DNA of 63,424 nucleotides, filler included. It is 7 parts of 7 records of this genome, joined end to end, with 100 filler letters (N's around TTAATTAATTAA, not from the genome) between each part and the next. Parts side by side here need not be neighbours in the genome. Positions count along the whole stretch, not along the records: positions 45,504 to 53,500 come from SRR31156797_17210; positions 53,601 to 63,424 come from SRR31156797_17221; 5 more parts are not named here. One strand, 5' to 3'. This document shows, piece after piece, positions 49,985 through 59,732 of the stretch. Every line of letters begins with the position of its first letter. Within the stretch, counting starts at the first letter, position 1. Below the pieces are notes generated by a model. The model was not told the DNA's origin and did not search any database. It saw nothing but the letters and a program-made list of their open reading frames with translations. Position numbers and translations under genes: made by a program.

Positions 49985-50911
49985 TCAGGAATTGAAGATT
50001 TTCGTCAGTTCTTCCCTGGTAAAATCATAGGATGAATTGCAGTTGTGACAGGTCGTTTTCAAAGGGAAGGGCCCCTTCTCCAGGATCTCGTCTCTCTCCT
50101 TACCGGAAAGGTTGGAGAGGAATTTTTCGAAACGGGCCTTGCTGCATCCGCACATAAACTCCACCCTCTTGTCCGAGAGGATATCGGGCTGGAAATCACC
50201 GAAATGCCTGCCGATAAACTCTGAAGCCTCCGTATCGGGCGTGAAGGCCTGGGAAAGGGAGGGAAGCTTCAGCACGGCCTCCTGAACCATCTCCAGGACC
50301 TCGGGTTCCGCTCCGGGCATGGCCTGGAGGAAGAGCCCCGCCCCGCCGGACACGATGCCGTCCTTCCCGAGGTTCACGCTGAGGTTGAATACGGTGTGCA
50401 GCTGTTCGGATTCCTCGTAATAGGCCGCCAGGTCCTCGGCGATCCGCCCGGTCCTCAGCTCGACCTGCCCGGTAAAGGCGTTCTTCTGTTCCCCCGAATA
50501 GCGGGTAACGGAAAGGAAGCCGGGACCGAAAAGGAGGGACGTATCCAGGGTTTCGGGAACCTTGTCCAGAGGGATGGGATTCTCCATAAGATAGCCCCTT
50601 ACGGTTCCATGTGAGTCGGCCTCGACGGCCAGTCCTCTCAGAGGCCCGCCGCACTCTACCTTGAATTGAATCAGCCCGTCCCCCTTGAGCCCGGCGGCGA
50701 TCAGGCCGCAGCCCAGATAGGCCTGCCCGAGGATAATGGACTCCAGAACCCCCGTATCATGGTTGTTCTGCATCTCGCGGAGCATTCTGGTCCCCTGCAT
50801 CAGCACGCCACGCACGGCTCCGCCGGCCATAACGAAGTGGTGGCGCCTGTCTCGGGCCCTGGCGATAAGCATGGATTTTTTATCATCTCCGGGAAGGGCT
50901 TTTCTGATCAT
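49985..50911 (-). CDS. hslO: Hsp33 redox chaperone
   Basis: G.VRGY, IAEDLAAYYEESEQ, LQAMPG, CGCS…CHNC zinc motif. Confidence 0.94.
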   Translation of the reverse strand: MIRKALPGDDKKSMLIARARDRRHHFVMAGGAVRGVLMQGTRMLREMQNNHDTGVLESIILGQAYLGCGLIAAGLKGDGLIQFKVECGGPLRGLAVEADSHGTVRGYLMENPIPLDKVPETLDTSLLFGPGFLSVTRYSGEQKNAFTGQVELRTGRIAEDLAAYYEESEQLHTVFNLSVNLGKDGIVSGGAGLFLQAMPGAEPEVLEMVQEAVLKLPSLSQAFTPDTEASEFIGRHFGDFQPDILSDKRVEFMCGCSKARFEKFLSNLSGKERDEILEKGPFPLKTTCHNCNSSYDFTREELTKIFNS

Positions 50912-50982
50912 TCCTTTACTCCTAACATCCTATCAAAGCTTCGCAGGAGCTTTGGTGATTTTTCGGATAGGGCCTAAGGGCC

Positions 50983-51630
50983 TTATGTCCTGTAAATGAC
51001 CTCGCCGGCGGGGCTCAGCCTTTCTCTTAGATCGAGGATATCCCGGATCCAGGGGAAATTTCCAGATCCCTTATCCGGGCCGACCAATATACCATGTCCG
51101 CCCAGGGCCGCAAAGGCCTCCAGGTTCACTTCCTTATCATCCAGAAAGAGGACATCAGCCGCCTTCTCCCCCAGATGGTCCAGAACCTTCTCGTAAGCGC
51201 ATGCATAGGGTTTGCCCTTGAATCCGAGCCACTCCAAAGCGTAGACATGGGGGAAGAGATCATCTACGCCCAGTGCCTTCAGAACCCGGCGGGCATGGAA
51301 TTCCGGACCGTTTGTCAGGATCTCCAGGCGGCAGGAGCTCTCCTCAAGCATGGTCCGGAGATCGGGATTGGGAGGGATGTACTCATTCAGATCTTCGGGA
51401 TGCACATATTCCATATAGTCCCGAATGTCCTTCAGGCCGTGGCAGACCTGAAGCCAGCGCAGGGTAGTGCCGTAGACGGGCAGGTTCTCCCTGCGCAGGG
51501 CGATCGCCTCCTCTTCGCTTACGGAAAACCGTTCGCATAACAGTGTGTTAATCCGCCTGTTCATCTCCTGCTCTACGCCGCAGCCCGCGTCGTAGAGGGT
51601 ATTGTCCACATCGAAAAGAAGGGTGGTCAT
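50983..51630 (-). CDS. HAD hydrolase, pyrimidine 5'-nucleotidase type
   Basis: FDVDNTLY, YGTTL, TNG, KP, FLDD. Confidence 0.9.
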   Translation of the reverse strand: MTTLLFDVDNTLYDAGCGVEQEMNRRINTLLCERFSVSEEEAIALRRENLPVYGTTLRWLQVCHGLKDIRDYMEYVHPEDLNEYIPPNPDLRTMLEESSCRLEILTNGPEFHARRVLKALGVDDLFPHVYALEWLGFKGKPYACAYEKVLDHLGEKAADVLFLDDKEVNLEAFAALGGHGILVGPDKGSGNFPWIRDILDLRERLSPAGEVIYRT

Positions 51631-51631
51631 G

Positions 51632-53491
51632 TCAGCCCCTGTCCGCCCGGGCGATCATATCCTTATGCCAGTCCAGAAGCCAGGACTCCGCCTCCTCGTC
51701 CCGGCCCTTCCAGTCGGCCAGAACGCGGAAGACCGGCTCGGTTCCGCTGCCGCGCATCCAGATAAACCCGAGCTCCTCTCCCCCCTCGTCTTTGAAGCGG
51801 ACCGTGAGCCCGCCCTTCTCGGCGCCGCTGCGGAACGCGGAGCCTACGCCCTGCCGGGAAGCGGTACCCTCCTGGTTCCACTCCTCCCAGCTTGCGATTC
51901 CGAACCTCTCGGCCAGCTCGCCTTTCTTCTCCTCCCAGTCTGCCTGGAAGACGGCCTCGTAGTTCCTCTTCAAAAGGGCATGGTCCATTGTCTTGATCCT
52001 GAGGATGGCGCGGTCCTCAAAGGCGCTGGTGGTCACATAGGCGGGAAGGGAGTCGATCACGTCCTCCAGATCGAAATCCTCCCTGTAACGCTCGGACTGT
52101 CCCGAGAGGTGGCACCAGATCTCGAAGAGACCGGCCTTTCCCGGAACCGAGCGCAGAAGGAGCAGCTTGAGCAGGGCGCCCAGGGTGTTCAGGGGATCCC
52201 TAACGGCGGCGGGCCAGGTGATGTTCCCTCCGTTTGAGCCCTCTCCCAGGATGCGGACCTGCCATCCGGCGTCCCTCTTCTCCCCGGCCAGGTTGACCAC
52301 ATTGGCCTCCCCTACCTCAGCCCGGAAGCAGGAACAGCCGAAGGCGTCGCAGATCCTCTCTATCCGGGAGGACGTGGGACCGTTGACGGCGACCCCTGTG
52401 CGCTCGGTCATGGTTTCGTTCCAATAGAGGTAGGCCAGCTCGGAAAGGACGGAGAGGGCGAAGACCTCCTGGGCCTCCAGGATCCGTGCCTCAGAGCTCC
52501 GGCGGCTGTAGTAGACCAGGTTTCCCCTGTCCCCGTCGTTGTCGGGAACGTAACCCAGCTGGAAGGCCCCGTCTTCGGCAGCGGCCTCCTCCAGGGTGCG
52601 GCGGCAGAGGTCCAGGGACGCTCCCTCGGGCACGATGCGGTGGGTGATCTGCCGGGGCTCGCCGTTGACTGTCCTGACCGAGATACCCAGCTCTCCCAGA
52701 AACTCACCGTCCACTGTCAGGGTCCGGGCGCTTCCGTTCAACTCGGCGATGACCCCCATGGGATTGCGGCCGATGCCTTCCTTCAGAGAATCGAAGAAGC
52801 GTTCCTGCGCCTTTTCATCCTCCAGACCGCTGATCACCCTGCGGGTGAAGGCGCTGTAAACCTTATAGGCCTCGTCCTTCCAGGCGGCCGAGGCCTCATA
52901 GACGGCGGTCAGATCCCGGCCGGCGACAGCGTCGCAGCGCCCCGCCAGGCCCTTCAGGGCGTCCTGATCCTCCAGAAGGGTGCGGAACATGCCGATCAGC
53001 TCAGACGCCTCCCCTCCGGAGAGGACGCCGCCGCTCCCCAGCCCGAACTTGACGCCGTTATGGCCGATGGGGTTATGACTGGCGGAGATGTATATGAAGC
53101 CGTCGCAGTCGGGGGACTGTCCGGTGTAGCCCATCAGCTCGGGGGCCGCGGAGATAAAGAGATAGCGGACCTCCGCCTTCCTGTCCAGAAGAACGCGGAT
53201 CATCACGTCTGCCAGGGCGGGCCCAGTAAAACGGGCGTCCAGCCCCACCACCACGACGGGGCGCCTGCCCTCACAGCGGGTCTCAACGAAGTCGCAGAAG
53301 ACCTCGGCCATGGCGGCGGCCAGCATCCGGTCCGCCTTCAGCAACTCGCCGCTGCGGCTCTCTTCATCGCCGTCGGCGGCGAAAACCTTACGCCAGCCCG
53401 AGGCCGACAGGATCATGGGCTCCAGAGCAGCCGTTACATCCCGGGCGTCCAGATCAAAGGCTCCGAAGGGTTTTTCTTCGGGATCTCCCAT
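51632..53491 (-). CDS. Phosphohexomutase (PGM/PMM family, spirochaete type)
   Basis: SASHNP phosphoserine loop, DNDGDR metal loop, GEGSNGG, RGSGTEP. Confidence 0.9.
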   Translation of the reverse strand: MGDPEEKPFGAFDLDARDVTAALEPMILSASGWRKVFAADGDEESRSGELLKADRMLAAAMAEVFCDFVETRCEGRRPVVVVGLDARFTGPALADVMIRVLLDRKAEVRYLFISAAPELMGYTGQSPDCDGFIYISASHNPIGHNGVKFGLGSGGVLSGGEASELIGMFRTLLEDQDALKGLAGRCDAVAGRDLTAVYEASAAWKDEAYKVYSAFTRRVISGLEDEKAQERFFDSLKEGIGRNPMGVIAELNGSARTLTVDGEFLGELGISVRTVNGEPRQITHRIVPEGASLDLCRRTLEEAAAEDGAFQLGYVPDNDGDRGNLVYYSRRSSEARILEAQEVFALSVLSELAYLYWNETMTERTGVAVNGPTSSRIERICDAFGCSCFRAEVGEANVVNLAGEKRDAGWQVRILGEGSNGGNITWPAAVRDPLNTLGALLKLLLLRSVPGKAGLFEIWCHLSGQSERYREDFDLEDVIDSLPAYVTTSAFEDRAILRIKTMDHALLKRNYEAVFQADWEEKKGELAERFGIASWEEWNQEGTASRQGVGSAFRSGAEKGGLTVRFKDEGGEELGFIWMRGSGTEPVFRVLADWKGRDEEAESWLLDWHKDMIARADRG

Positions 53492-53500
53492 GGGAAATCC

Positions 53501-53600
53501 NNNNNNNNNNNNNNNNNNNNNNNNNNNNNNNNNNNNNNNNNNNNTTAATTAATTAANNNNNNNNNNNNNNNNNNNNNNNNNNNNNNNNNNNNNNNNNNNN
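53501..53600. other. Artificial contig spacer
   Basis: N44-TTAATTAATTAA-N44. Confidence 0.99.
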
Positions 53601-53639
53601 CAGGCAGACCGCCCGCCCGGTTTTCGATTTGTCGATCAT
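53601..53639 (-). CDS. Start of a downstream gene coupled to the octaheme cytochrome (truncated)
   Basis: ATGA overlap with the cytochrome stop; MIDKSKTGRAVCL…. Confidence 0.45.
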
Positions 53640-55219
53640 TTGCCGTTGCGTCCCCTCAGCACGATGCGAAGGCCCATGTGGATGATGACGCCGATCAGCG
53701 CCAGCAGGGTGCCGGCCCAGCCCAGTTGGGTCAGCCATTCATAGGAATCGCGGCCCGGCATATAGAACCCGGACAGGTTCTCGAGCAGGCCGTCGGTGGT
53801 GTGACAGTCGTTGCAGGCCAGAGCCTCTTCCGGCGGCGCCACCATGTGGCTGATCGGCCAGTACATTTCGGTGGTGACGAAGTCGTACTCGCCGCTGTAC
53901 GGCTTGCCGACGCGTTCCATGCCCTGTTCGATGGCGGTTGGCCAATCGAAGGTTTTCCAGAAACCGGTCTTGCCGGTAGTCAGCACGGCGACGACGGAAT
54001 TGCGTTCCGTATCGTAAGGCTGCCGCCCGCGCATGATCTTGAAGGGCCAGATGCGCGAATCGGGATCGGCCGAATTGCCTTCGATGGAATTGATCCGGAC
54101 GGTCTGGGTCGGATCGATCGGATCGCCAACCAGGGTGTAGCGGACGGTGCCGTCGAACCAGCGGAACTCGGGTCGCGACCATTCATCCCATTTGAAGTCG
54201 CCCTTTTTCGAGTTGTAGACCTCGTGGCCGTCCTCGCCGATCTTGATGAGAACGGACCCGTCGTCGTTGAGCGTGCCGGCGGTCGACCAGTCCCACCACG
54301 ACTTGGTGGCGAAATCGCCGCGCGAGTAGCGCGGGATGTGGCAGGTCTGACAGGCGACCCGGTCGGTATGGTCGTTCAGTTTCGGATGATTGTCTTCCGG
54401 GTGCGGGGTCAGGCCGTGGCAGGATTCGCATGACGCCCGCCCGCCTTCCATGGACCCCGGCACGTCGATGCCGTGCTTGTCGGCGGCCGTCGGCGCATAG
54501 CGGCTGCCGGCGACGTCGTGTTCGTCGCTGGTGTGGCAGGTCGAACAGGTGAAATCGAGGCCGTCGGCGTCCATGTGGACGTCGACGAAATAATCGGGAT
54601 GGGCCAGGGTCGGGTCGATGTCGCCGTGTTTCACCGCCTTGCCGCCGCCGCCCGAGAAATGGCAGGAGCCGCAGGTGGCGCGGCTGGTCGGGCCAACGTT
54701 GCGGGCAATTTTCGACAGATTTGGTCCGCGCTTGCCGCCCTCGCGCAGCGCCTTTTTCGAATAGGTGCCGGTGGTGTCGTGGCAGACCAGGCAGTCGACG
54801 TTTTCTTCGGACGCGAAGTCGAAGCTGCTGTCGGTCCAACCGTAGCCGATGTGGCAGGTCGAGCATTCGGCGATGTTCGGTTCGGCCGAGATGCAGAAAT
54901 TATTGACGACGTTGCGCTTGCCGAGCCGCTGACCGGTTTCCGGATTGACGTAGTCCCAGGTCCAGTGCGTGGTCTTGTGCAGTTGTTTGGCGGCGTTGGT
55001 GTGGCAGCTCAAACAGGCCCGGGTCACTTCCGGGCCGGTTTCGAACTTTTCCTTCAGCTTCTGAAACTGGTTGTGGTCGGCTGTCGATTGCGGCGCCGTA
55101 CCGGCACCCATCGATGTCGCCGCTTTGGCTTCGAAACCGGTAAGGGACAGCAGGAAGGCAAAAACGGCGCTGGCGATGATCGGGCGAAGTACAGTGCGCG
55201 CCAAATGCGTATTGGTCAT
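53636..55219 (-). CDS. Octaheme c-type cytochrome, tetrathionate reductase (OTR) family
   Basis: Eight CxxCH motifs (CLSCH, CSTCH, CLVCH, CGSCH, CSTCH, CESCH, CQTCH, CNDCH), HWTW…GK…NNFC, VKHGD, signal peptide, C-terminal TM. Confidence 0.93.
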   Translation of the reverse strand: MTNTHLARTVLRPIIASAVFAFLLSLTGFEAKAATSMGAGTAPQSTADHNQFQKLKEKFETGPEVTRACLSCHTNAAKQLHKTTHWTWDYVNPETGQRLGKRNVVNNFCISAEPNIAECSTCHIGYGWTDSSFDFASEENVDCLVCHDTTGTYSKKALREGGKRGPNLSKIARNVGPTSRATCGSCHFSGGGGKAVKHGDIDPTLAHPDYFVDVHMDADGLDFTCSTCHTSDEHDVAGSRYAPTAADKHGIDVPGSMEGGRASCESCHGLTPHPEDNHPKLNDHTDRVACQTCHIPRYSRGDFATKSWWDWSTAGTLNDDGSVLIKIGEDGHEVYNSKKGDFKWDEWSRPEFRWFDGTVRYTLVGDPIDPTQTVRINSIEGNSADPDSRIWPFKIMRGRQPYDTERNSVVAVLTTGKTGFWKTFDWPTAIEQGMERVGKPYSGEYDFVTTEMYWPISHMVAPPEEALACNDCHTTDGLLENLSGFYMPGRDSYEWLTQLGWAGTLLALIGVIIHMGLRIVLRGRNGK

Positions 55220-55514
55220 TTGATCAGAACCCGCCTTTTCTTTTCGTCGGCCATGCTAGCCTGTGACGGAACGCGCGACTTGCATGAACGGTTTCTTATT
55301 TAGCGGATATTAATATTAGAAAACCTACAGGAAGGCAAGAAAAACCATAGGAATAATGAGGAAATGCCCGATTAAATTACTTGGTTTTCCTGGCCTGTCC
55401 GAGCCCGGATTAAGAAGGTCGGATGGGTCGGATATTGGCCCGCGGCGCACCGCCGAAAGCCGTCATCGGCCGGTTTCGATCATTTGCACAGGATTGCGCA
55501 AGGGGCGGGTGGCC

Positions 55515-56261
55515 TCAGATCTGGCCGCCGTCGACCGGAACGAAACAGCCGGTGGTGTAGGCCATGCCGGTAACCAGGGCGACGACGGCGTCGCCCAGCG
55601 CTTCCGGCGGGATCGCCGTCTTCATGACCGAGCCGTTGGTTGCCGCCTCGACCCAGGCCGGATCGCGGCTGACGAAACCGCTATCGACGAAGCCGGGCGA
55701 TACCGCATAGACGCGGATCCCGTCGGACACCAGCGAGCGCGCCAAAGACAGCGTCAGGGCGTTGATTCCCGCCTTCGAGGCGCAATAGGCGATGTTGCTG
55801 CCCTTGCCGGTGAGGCCCGCCTGCGACGTGATATTGACGATGACGCCGCCGCCGTTTTCCGCCAGCAGCGGCCGGAAGGAGCGCGCGCAGGCGTAAGCCC
55901 CGCGCCAGTTGATGCGGAAAAGTTCGTCGATGTAATCGTCGGTCAGGGCATCGAGATCGTCGTGCGGGATCAGTTTGGTGATCGCTGCGTTGTTGACCAG
56001 GACGTCGAGCCGGCCGAAGCGGTTTTTCACTTCGCCGGCCAGTTCGTCGATGGCGGCGCTGTTGGTGACCGAAACACGCACCCCCCAATGGCCGTTGCCG
56101 GGAAGCTTGCGGGCGGCGGTGGCAAGGTCGGCTGCGTTGCGGGTGCCGGTCAGAACCACGTGGGCGCCGGCTTCGGCGACGCGTTTGCAAATGCCGGTGC
56201 CAACGCCGCCGGCACCGCCGGTGACGAGTACGACCTGGTCCTGCATGTTTCCGATGGGCAT
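55515..56261 (-). CDS. Short-chain dehydrogenase/reductase
   Basis: TGGAGGVG, LVNNA, YCASK. Confidence 0.93.
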   Translation of the reverse strand: MPIGNMQDQVVLVTGGAGGVGTGICKRVAEAGAHVVLTGTRNAADLATAARKLPGNGHWGVRVSVTNSAAIDELAGEVKNRFGRLDVLVNNAAITKLIPHDDLDALTDDYIDELFRINWRGAYACARSFRPLLAENGGGVIVNITSQAGLTGKGSNIAYCASKAGINALTLSLARSLVSDGIRVYAVSPGFVDSGFVSRDPAWVEAATNGSVMKTAIPPEALGDAVVALVTGMAYTTGCFVPVDGGQI

Positions 56262-56287
56262 TGTGTTTCCTCTTCCGCGATTGCCTG

Positions 56288-57532
56288 CTAGCGCCAGATG
56301 CCGCGCGTGTCGAACAGAATCTTGCCGGTCAGCTTGTCGCGATCGATCATCTTGAAGGCCTGATGGTCGGTCAACAGCACGACGACGTCGGCATCATCGA
56401 GCGCCTCGTCCAGATCCATCAACCGGGCGCCGGCACCGGAAAGCCCGTCGGGCAGGGCTTCGACATGCGGCTCTACGATCCGCACGCCCGGAATGACCGC
56501 CGCGATTGCCCGCGCAATATCGACCGCCGGGCTTTCCCTGAGATCGTCGATGTCGGCCTTGTAGGACAGGCCGAGACAGGCCACCCGCGGCTCGGCGAAG
56601 CGTTCGCAGGCGGCCAGCACCTTGGCGACGATCGATTTCGGTTTCGCATCGTTGACGTTTCTGGCGGTGCGGATGAGGTTGGCTTCGTCGGGTGCCGAAT
56701 CGACGATGAACCAGGGGTCGACGGCGATGCAATGGCCGCCGACGCCGGGGCCGGGTTTGAGGATGTCGACGCGCGGATGGCGGTTGGCCAGTTCGGCCAC
56801 TTCCCAGACATCGAGATCGAGCTTGTCGCAGATCAGCGACAGTTCGTTGGCAAAGGCGATATTGACGTCGCGAAAGGCGTTTTCCGACAGCTTGACCAGT
56901 TCCGCCGTGCGGGCGTCGGTGAGGAAACACTGGCCGTCGATGAAGCTGCGATACAGTGCCGCCGCCATCTCGGCGCAGCGCCGGCTCAATCCGCCGACGA
57001 CCCGGTCGTTGCGGACCAGTTCGATCAGGATGCGTCCGGGCAGGACGCGTTCGGGACTGTAGGAAATGGCGACGTCGGCTTCCTCGCCGACCTGGTGCGG
57101 GAAGGTCAGGTCGTCGCGAAGATCGGCCAGCCAGCCGGAAACCTTTTCCGTCGTTCCGACCGGCGAGGTCGATTCGATGATGACCAAGTTGCCCTTGGCC
57201 AGCACCGGTGCGATCGCACGGGCCGCTTCGAGCACGTATTTCAGGTCGGGCTTGTGGCCGTCGGTAAACGGCGTCGGCACGGCGACGATGAAGGCGTCGG
57301 CGGCGGCCGGTTCGGTGGTGGCGCGCAGTCTGCCGGTGGCGACGGCGCCGTTGACCAGGGTGTCCAGATCGGGTTCGACGATATGGATCTCGCCGCGCTT
57401 GATCAGATCGACGGCGCGCCGGTTGATATCGACGCCGATAACCGATATCCCGCGGCTGGCGAGAATGGCGGCGGTCGGCAGGCCGATATAGCCGAGGCCG
57501 ATAACGCAGGCGGTTTCAATTGCCGGCTTCAC
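56288..57532 (-). CDS. wecC: UDP-N-acetyl-D-mannosamine dehydrogenase
   Basis: [50 protein letters not shown]; coupled to wecB. Confidence 0.94.
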   Translation of the reverse strand: MKPAIETACVIGLGYIGLPTAAILASRGISVIGVDINRRAVDLIKRGEIHIVEPDLDTLVNGAVATGRLRATTEPAAADAFIVAVPTPFTDGHKPDLKYVLEAARAIAPVLAKGNLVIIESTSPVGTTEKVSGWLADLRDDLTFPHQVGEEADVAISYSPERVLPGRILIELVRNDRVVGGLSRRCAEMAAALYRSFIDGQCFLTDARTAELVKLSENAFRDVNIAFANELSLICDKLDLDVWEVAELANRHPRVDILKPGPGVGGHCIAVDPWFIVDSAPDEANLIRTARNVNDAKPKSIVAKVLAACERFAEPRVACLGLSYKADIDDLRESPAVDIARAIAAVIPGVRIVEPHVEALPDGLSGAGARLMDLDEALDDADVVVLLTDHQAFKMIDRDKLTGKILFDTRGIWR

Positions 57533-58643
57533 GAAGGATCTCCTTGACGATGCGTTGACTGGCCAGCCCGTCCCCGTAGGGATTGTGGGCCCGGCTCATT
57601 TTTTCGTAGTGTCCGGGTTCGTCGAGCAGGCGGCCGGCCGCTTCGACGATGCGTGCCTGATCGGGGCCGACCAGTTCGACGGTGCCGGCCTCAACGGCCT
57701 CGGGGCGTTCGGTGACGTCGCGCATGACCAGGACCGGCTTGCCCAGCGACGGCGCTTCTTCCTGGATGCCGCCGGAATCGGTCAGGATCAGATAGGCCCG
57801 GTCCATCAGATAGACGAACGGCAGGTATTCCTGCGGTTCCAGCAGGTGGACATTGGCAAGACCGCCGACGATGCGCTTGACCGGTTCCTGCACGTTCGGG
57901 TTCAGATGCACGGGATAGACGATGCGAACGTCGTCGCGCATTGCCAGTTTGGCGATGGCCGTGCAGATCTGTTCGAATCCGCCGCCGAAATTTTCCCGCC
58001 GGTGACCGGTGACCAGGACCAGGCGCCGGCCGTCGTCTTCGAGGAACGGGAATTTCCCGGCCTGCCGGCGGCGCAGTTCGTTGTCGTCACGTAGGCGGCC
58101 GGTAACCTCGATCAGGGCATCGACGACGGTATTTCCGGTGACCGTGATGAAGCGGCCTTCGAGGCCCTCGCGCAGCAGGTTTTGCCGTGCTCCTTCGGTC
58201 GGCGCGAACAGCATGTCGGCGATGCCGTCGGTCAGCCGGCGGTTCATTTCCTCGGGGTACGGCGCATAAAGATTGTCGGTCCGCAAACCGGCTTCGACGT
58301 GACCGACTGGAATGCGCTTGTAGAAGGTGGCCAGGGTGGCGGCCAGCGCCGTCGTCGTGTCGCCGTGCACCAGCACCCGGTCAGGACGGAGGTCGTTCAG
58401 GACCCCATCGAGGCCGCGCAGAACGCCGGCCGTGATATCGGTCAGGCTTTGGTTGTCGCGCATGATGTCGAGGTCGACATCGGGTACGATATCGAAAAGC
58501 GTCAGCACCTGGTCCAGCATGGCGCGATGTTGGGCGGTGACGCAGACCCGCGAATCGACACCGCTTTCGGCCGCCAGGGCCTTGACGACGGGTGCCATTT
58601 TGATCGCTTCTGGCCGTGTACCGAAAACGCTGAGAACGCGCAT
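57516..58643 (-). CDS. wecB: Non-hydrolysing UDP-GlcNAc 2-epimerase
   Basis: [46 protein letters not shown]; start at MRVLSV (58643). Confidence 0.96.
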   Translation of the reverse strand: MRVLSVFGTRPEAIKMAPVVKALAAESGVDSRVCVTAQHRAMLDQVLTLFDIVPDVDLDIMRDNQSLTDITAGVLRGLDGVLNDLRPDRVLVHGDTTTALAATLATFYKRIPVGHVEAGLRTDNLYAPYPEEMNRRLTDGIADMLFAPTEGARQNLLREGLEGRFITVTGNTVVDALIEVTGRLRDDNELRRRQAGKFPFLEDDGRRLVLVTGHRRENFGGGFEQICTAIAKLAMRDDVRIVYPVHLNPNVQEPVKRIVGGLANVHLLEPQEYLPFVYLMDRAYLILTDSGGIQEEAPSLGKPVLVMRDVTERPEAVEAGTVELVGPDQARIVEAAGRLLDEPGHYEKMSRAHNPYGDGLASQRIVKEILREAGN

Positions 58644-58791
58644 GACCGGGTTCAGTGGTTGTTCGACGATGAATATTCCCCATGCCCGTCGAAGAATATG
58701 AGAAGCGGCGGACGGTCCCTGGATATCCCGGTGGCAATAAATTCGCAAGAACGGCTTTCGGACGGGACGCCGCCGGCCTATGTTTCCTTTC

Positions 58792-59622
58792 ATGAATGCA
58801 CACCTGTCGAGACGACGTTTTCATCGGTTTGCCGCGGCCTTGCTGGTTATCGGAACGGTCGGCCTGACGCCCGGTTCGCCGGGCGCCGCCGATGGCATCG
58901 CGTTGCAGCCGCACCGCGCCGTCTATTCGGCCGGACTGGTCGAGACCGAAACCGGTTCCGGGATCGCCGATGTCGGCGGTTCGATGGTCGTGGCCATCGA
59001 AAAAACATGCGACGGATGGATCCTGGCGCAGCAGTTGGCGCTGGATATCACGGCGACGACCGGCCAATCGGGACGACAGCAGGTCCGGTTCGCGGCCTGG
59101 GAATCGCTGGATGGACTTTCCTATCGCTTTGCCGCACGTGAAAAGACCGGGGCGCACGAAGCCGGCTTCAAGGGATCGGCGACGCTGAAAGGTCCGGGCG
59201 GTCCGGGGACGGCGCGCTTCGAAACGCCCGAAAAGAAGACCATCAAGCTTCCGGCCGGAACGGTTTTTCCGATCGGCCACACCCGCCATCTGATCGCCGC
59301 CGGCAGGCAATCGAAAAAGCTGGATTCGCGGGTTCTTTTCGAGGGAACGGCCATCGACGGACCGCAACAGGTAACGGCCTTCCTGGGCGCCCTGAGGCCG
59401 CCCAAGCCAGGGACCGAATCAAACGCCATGGTATTGCGGCCGGGGTGGCCGGTGCGCATGGCCTTTTTCCCAATCGACGGCAGATCGGCGACGCCGGAAT
59501 ACGAGATCGAATTTTTGCAGCTGGACAACGGTATTGCCCGCGAATTCATCCTCGACCGGGGCGATTTCACCATGCGGCTCGAACTCAAGAGTATCGAGGC
59601 CATCGACCCGCCCGATTGCTGA
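58792..59622 (+). CDS. eipB: Cell envelope integrity protein EipB (DUF1849)
   Basis: Signal peptide, [32 protein letters not shown], terminal Cys. Confidence 0.85.
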   Translation: MNAHLSRRRFHRFAAALLVIGTVGLTPGSPGAADGIALQPHRAVYSAGLVETETGSGIADVGGSMVVAIEKTCDGWILAQQLALDITATTGQSGRQQVRFAAWESLDGLSYRFAAREKTGAHEAGFKGSATLKGPGGPGTARFETPEKKTIKLPAGTVFPIGHTRHLIAAGRQSKKLDSRVLFEGTAIDGPQQVTAFLGALRPPKPGTESNAMVLRPGWPVRMAFFPIDGRSATPEYEIEFLQLDNGIAREFILDRGDFTMRLELKSIEAIDPPDC

Positions 59623-59732
59623 ATCCGTGACCTTTCGGGCCGAATGACGCCGCCCCGGTTGTGCGGCCCCATTTCGGCCGGTACAATTCCGCCCGTACCC
59701 GGTTGTGCCCTTGTTCAAGGCAGGGTTTGGCG

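Noticed and set aside
46444..53548. Long alternative-frame ORFs in segment 6 (e.g. 46444-47178, 47274-47930, 52640-53548)
   Set aside because: Antisense shadows of well-supported genes, expected with GC-rich codon usage.
58644..58793. 50-aa N-terminal extension of WecB in the ORF track
   Set aside because: Homology starts at [12 protein letters not shown]; the extension spans the divergent promoter region.
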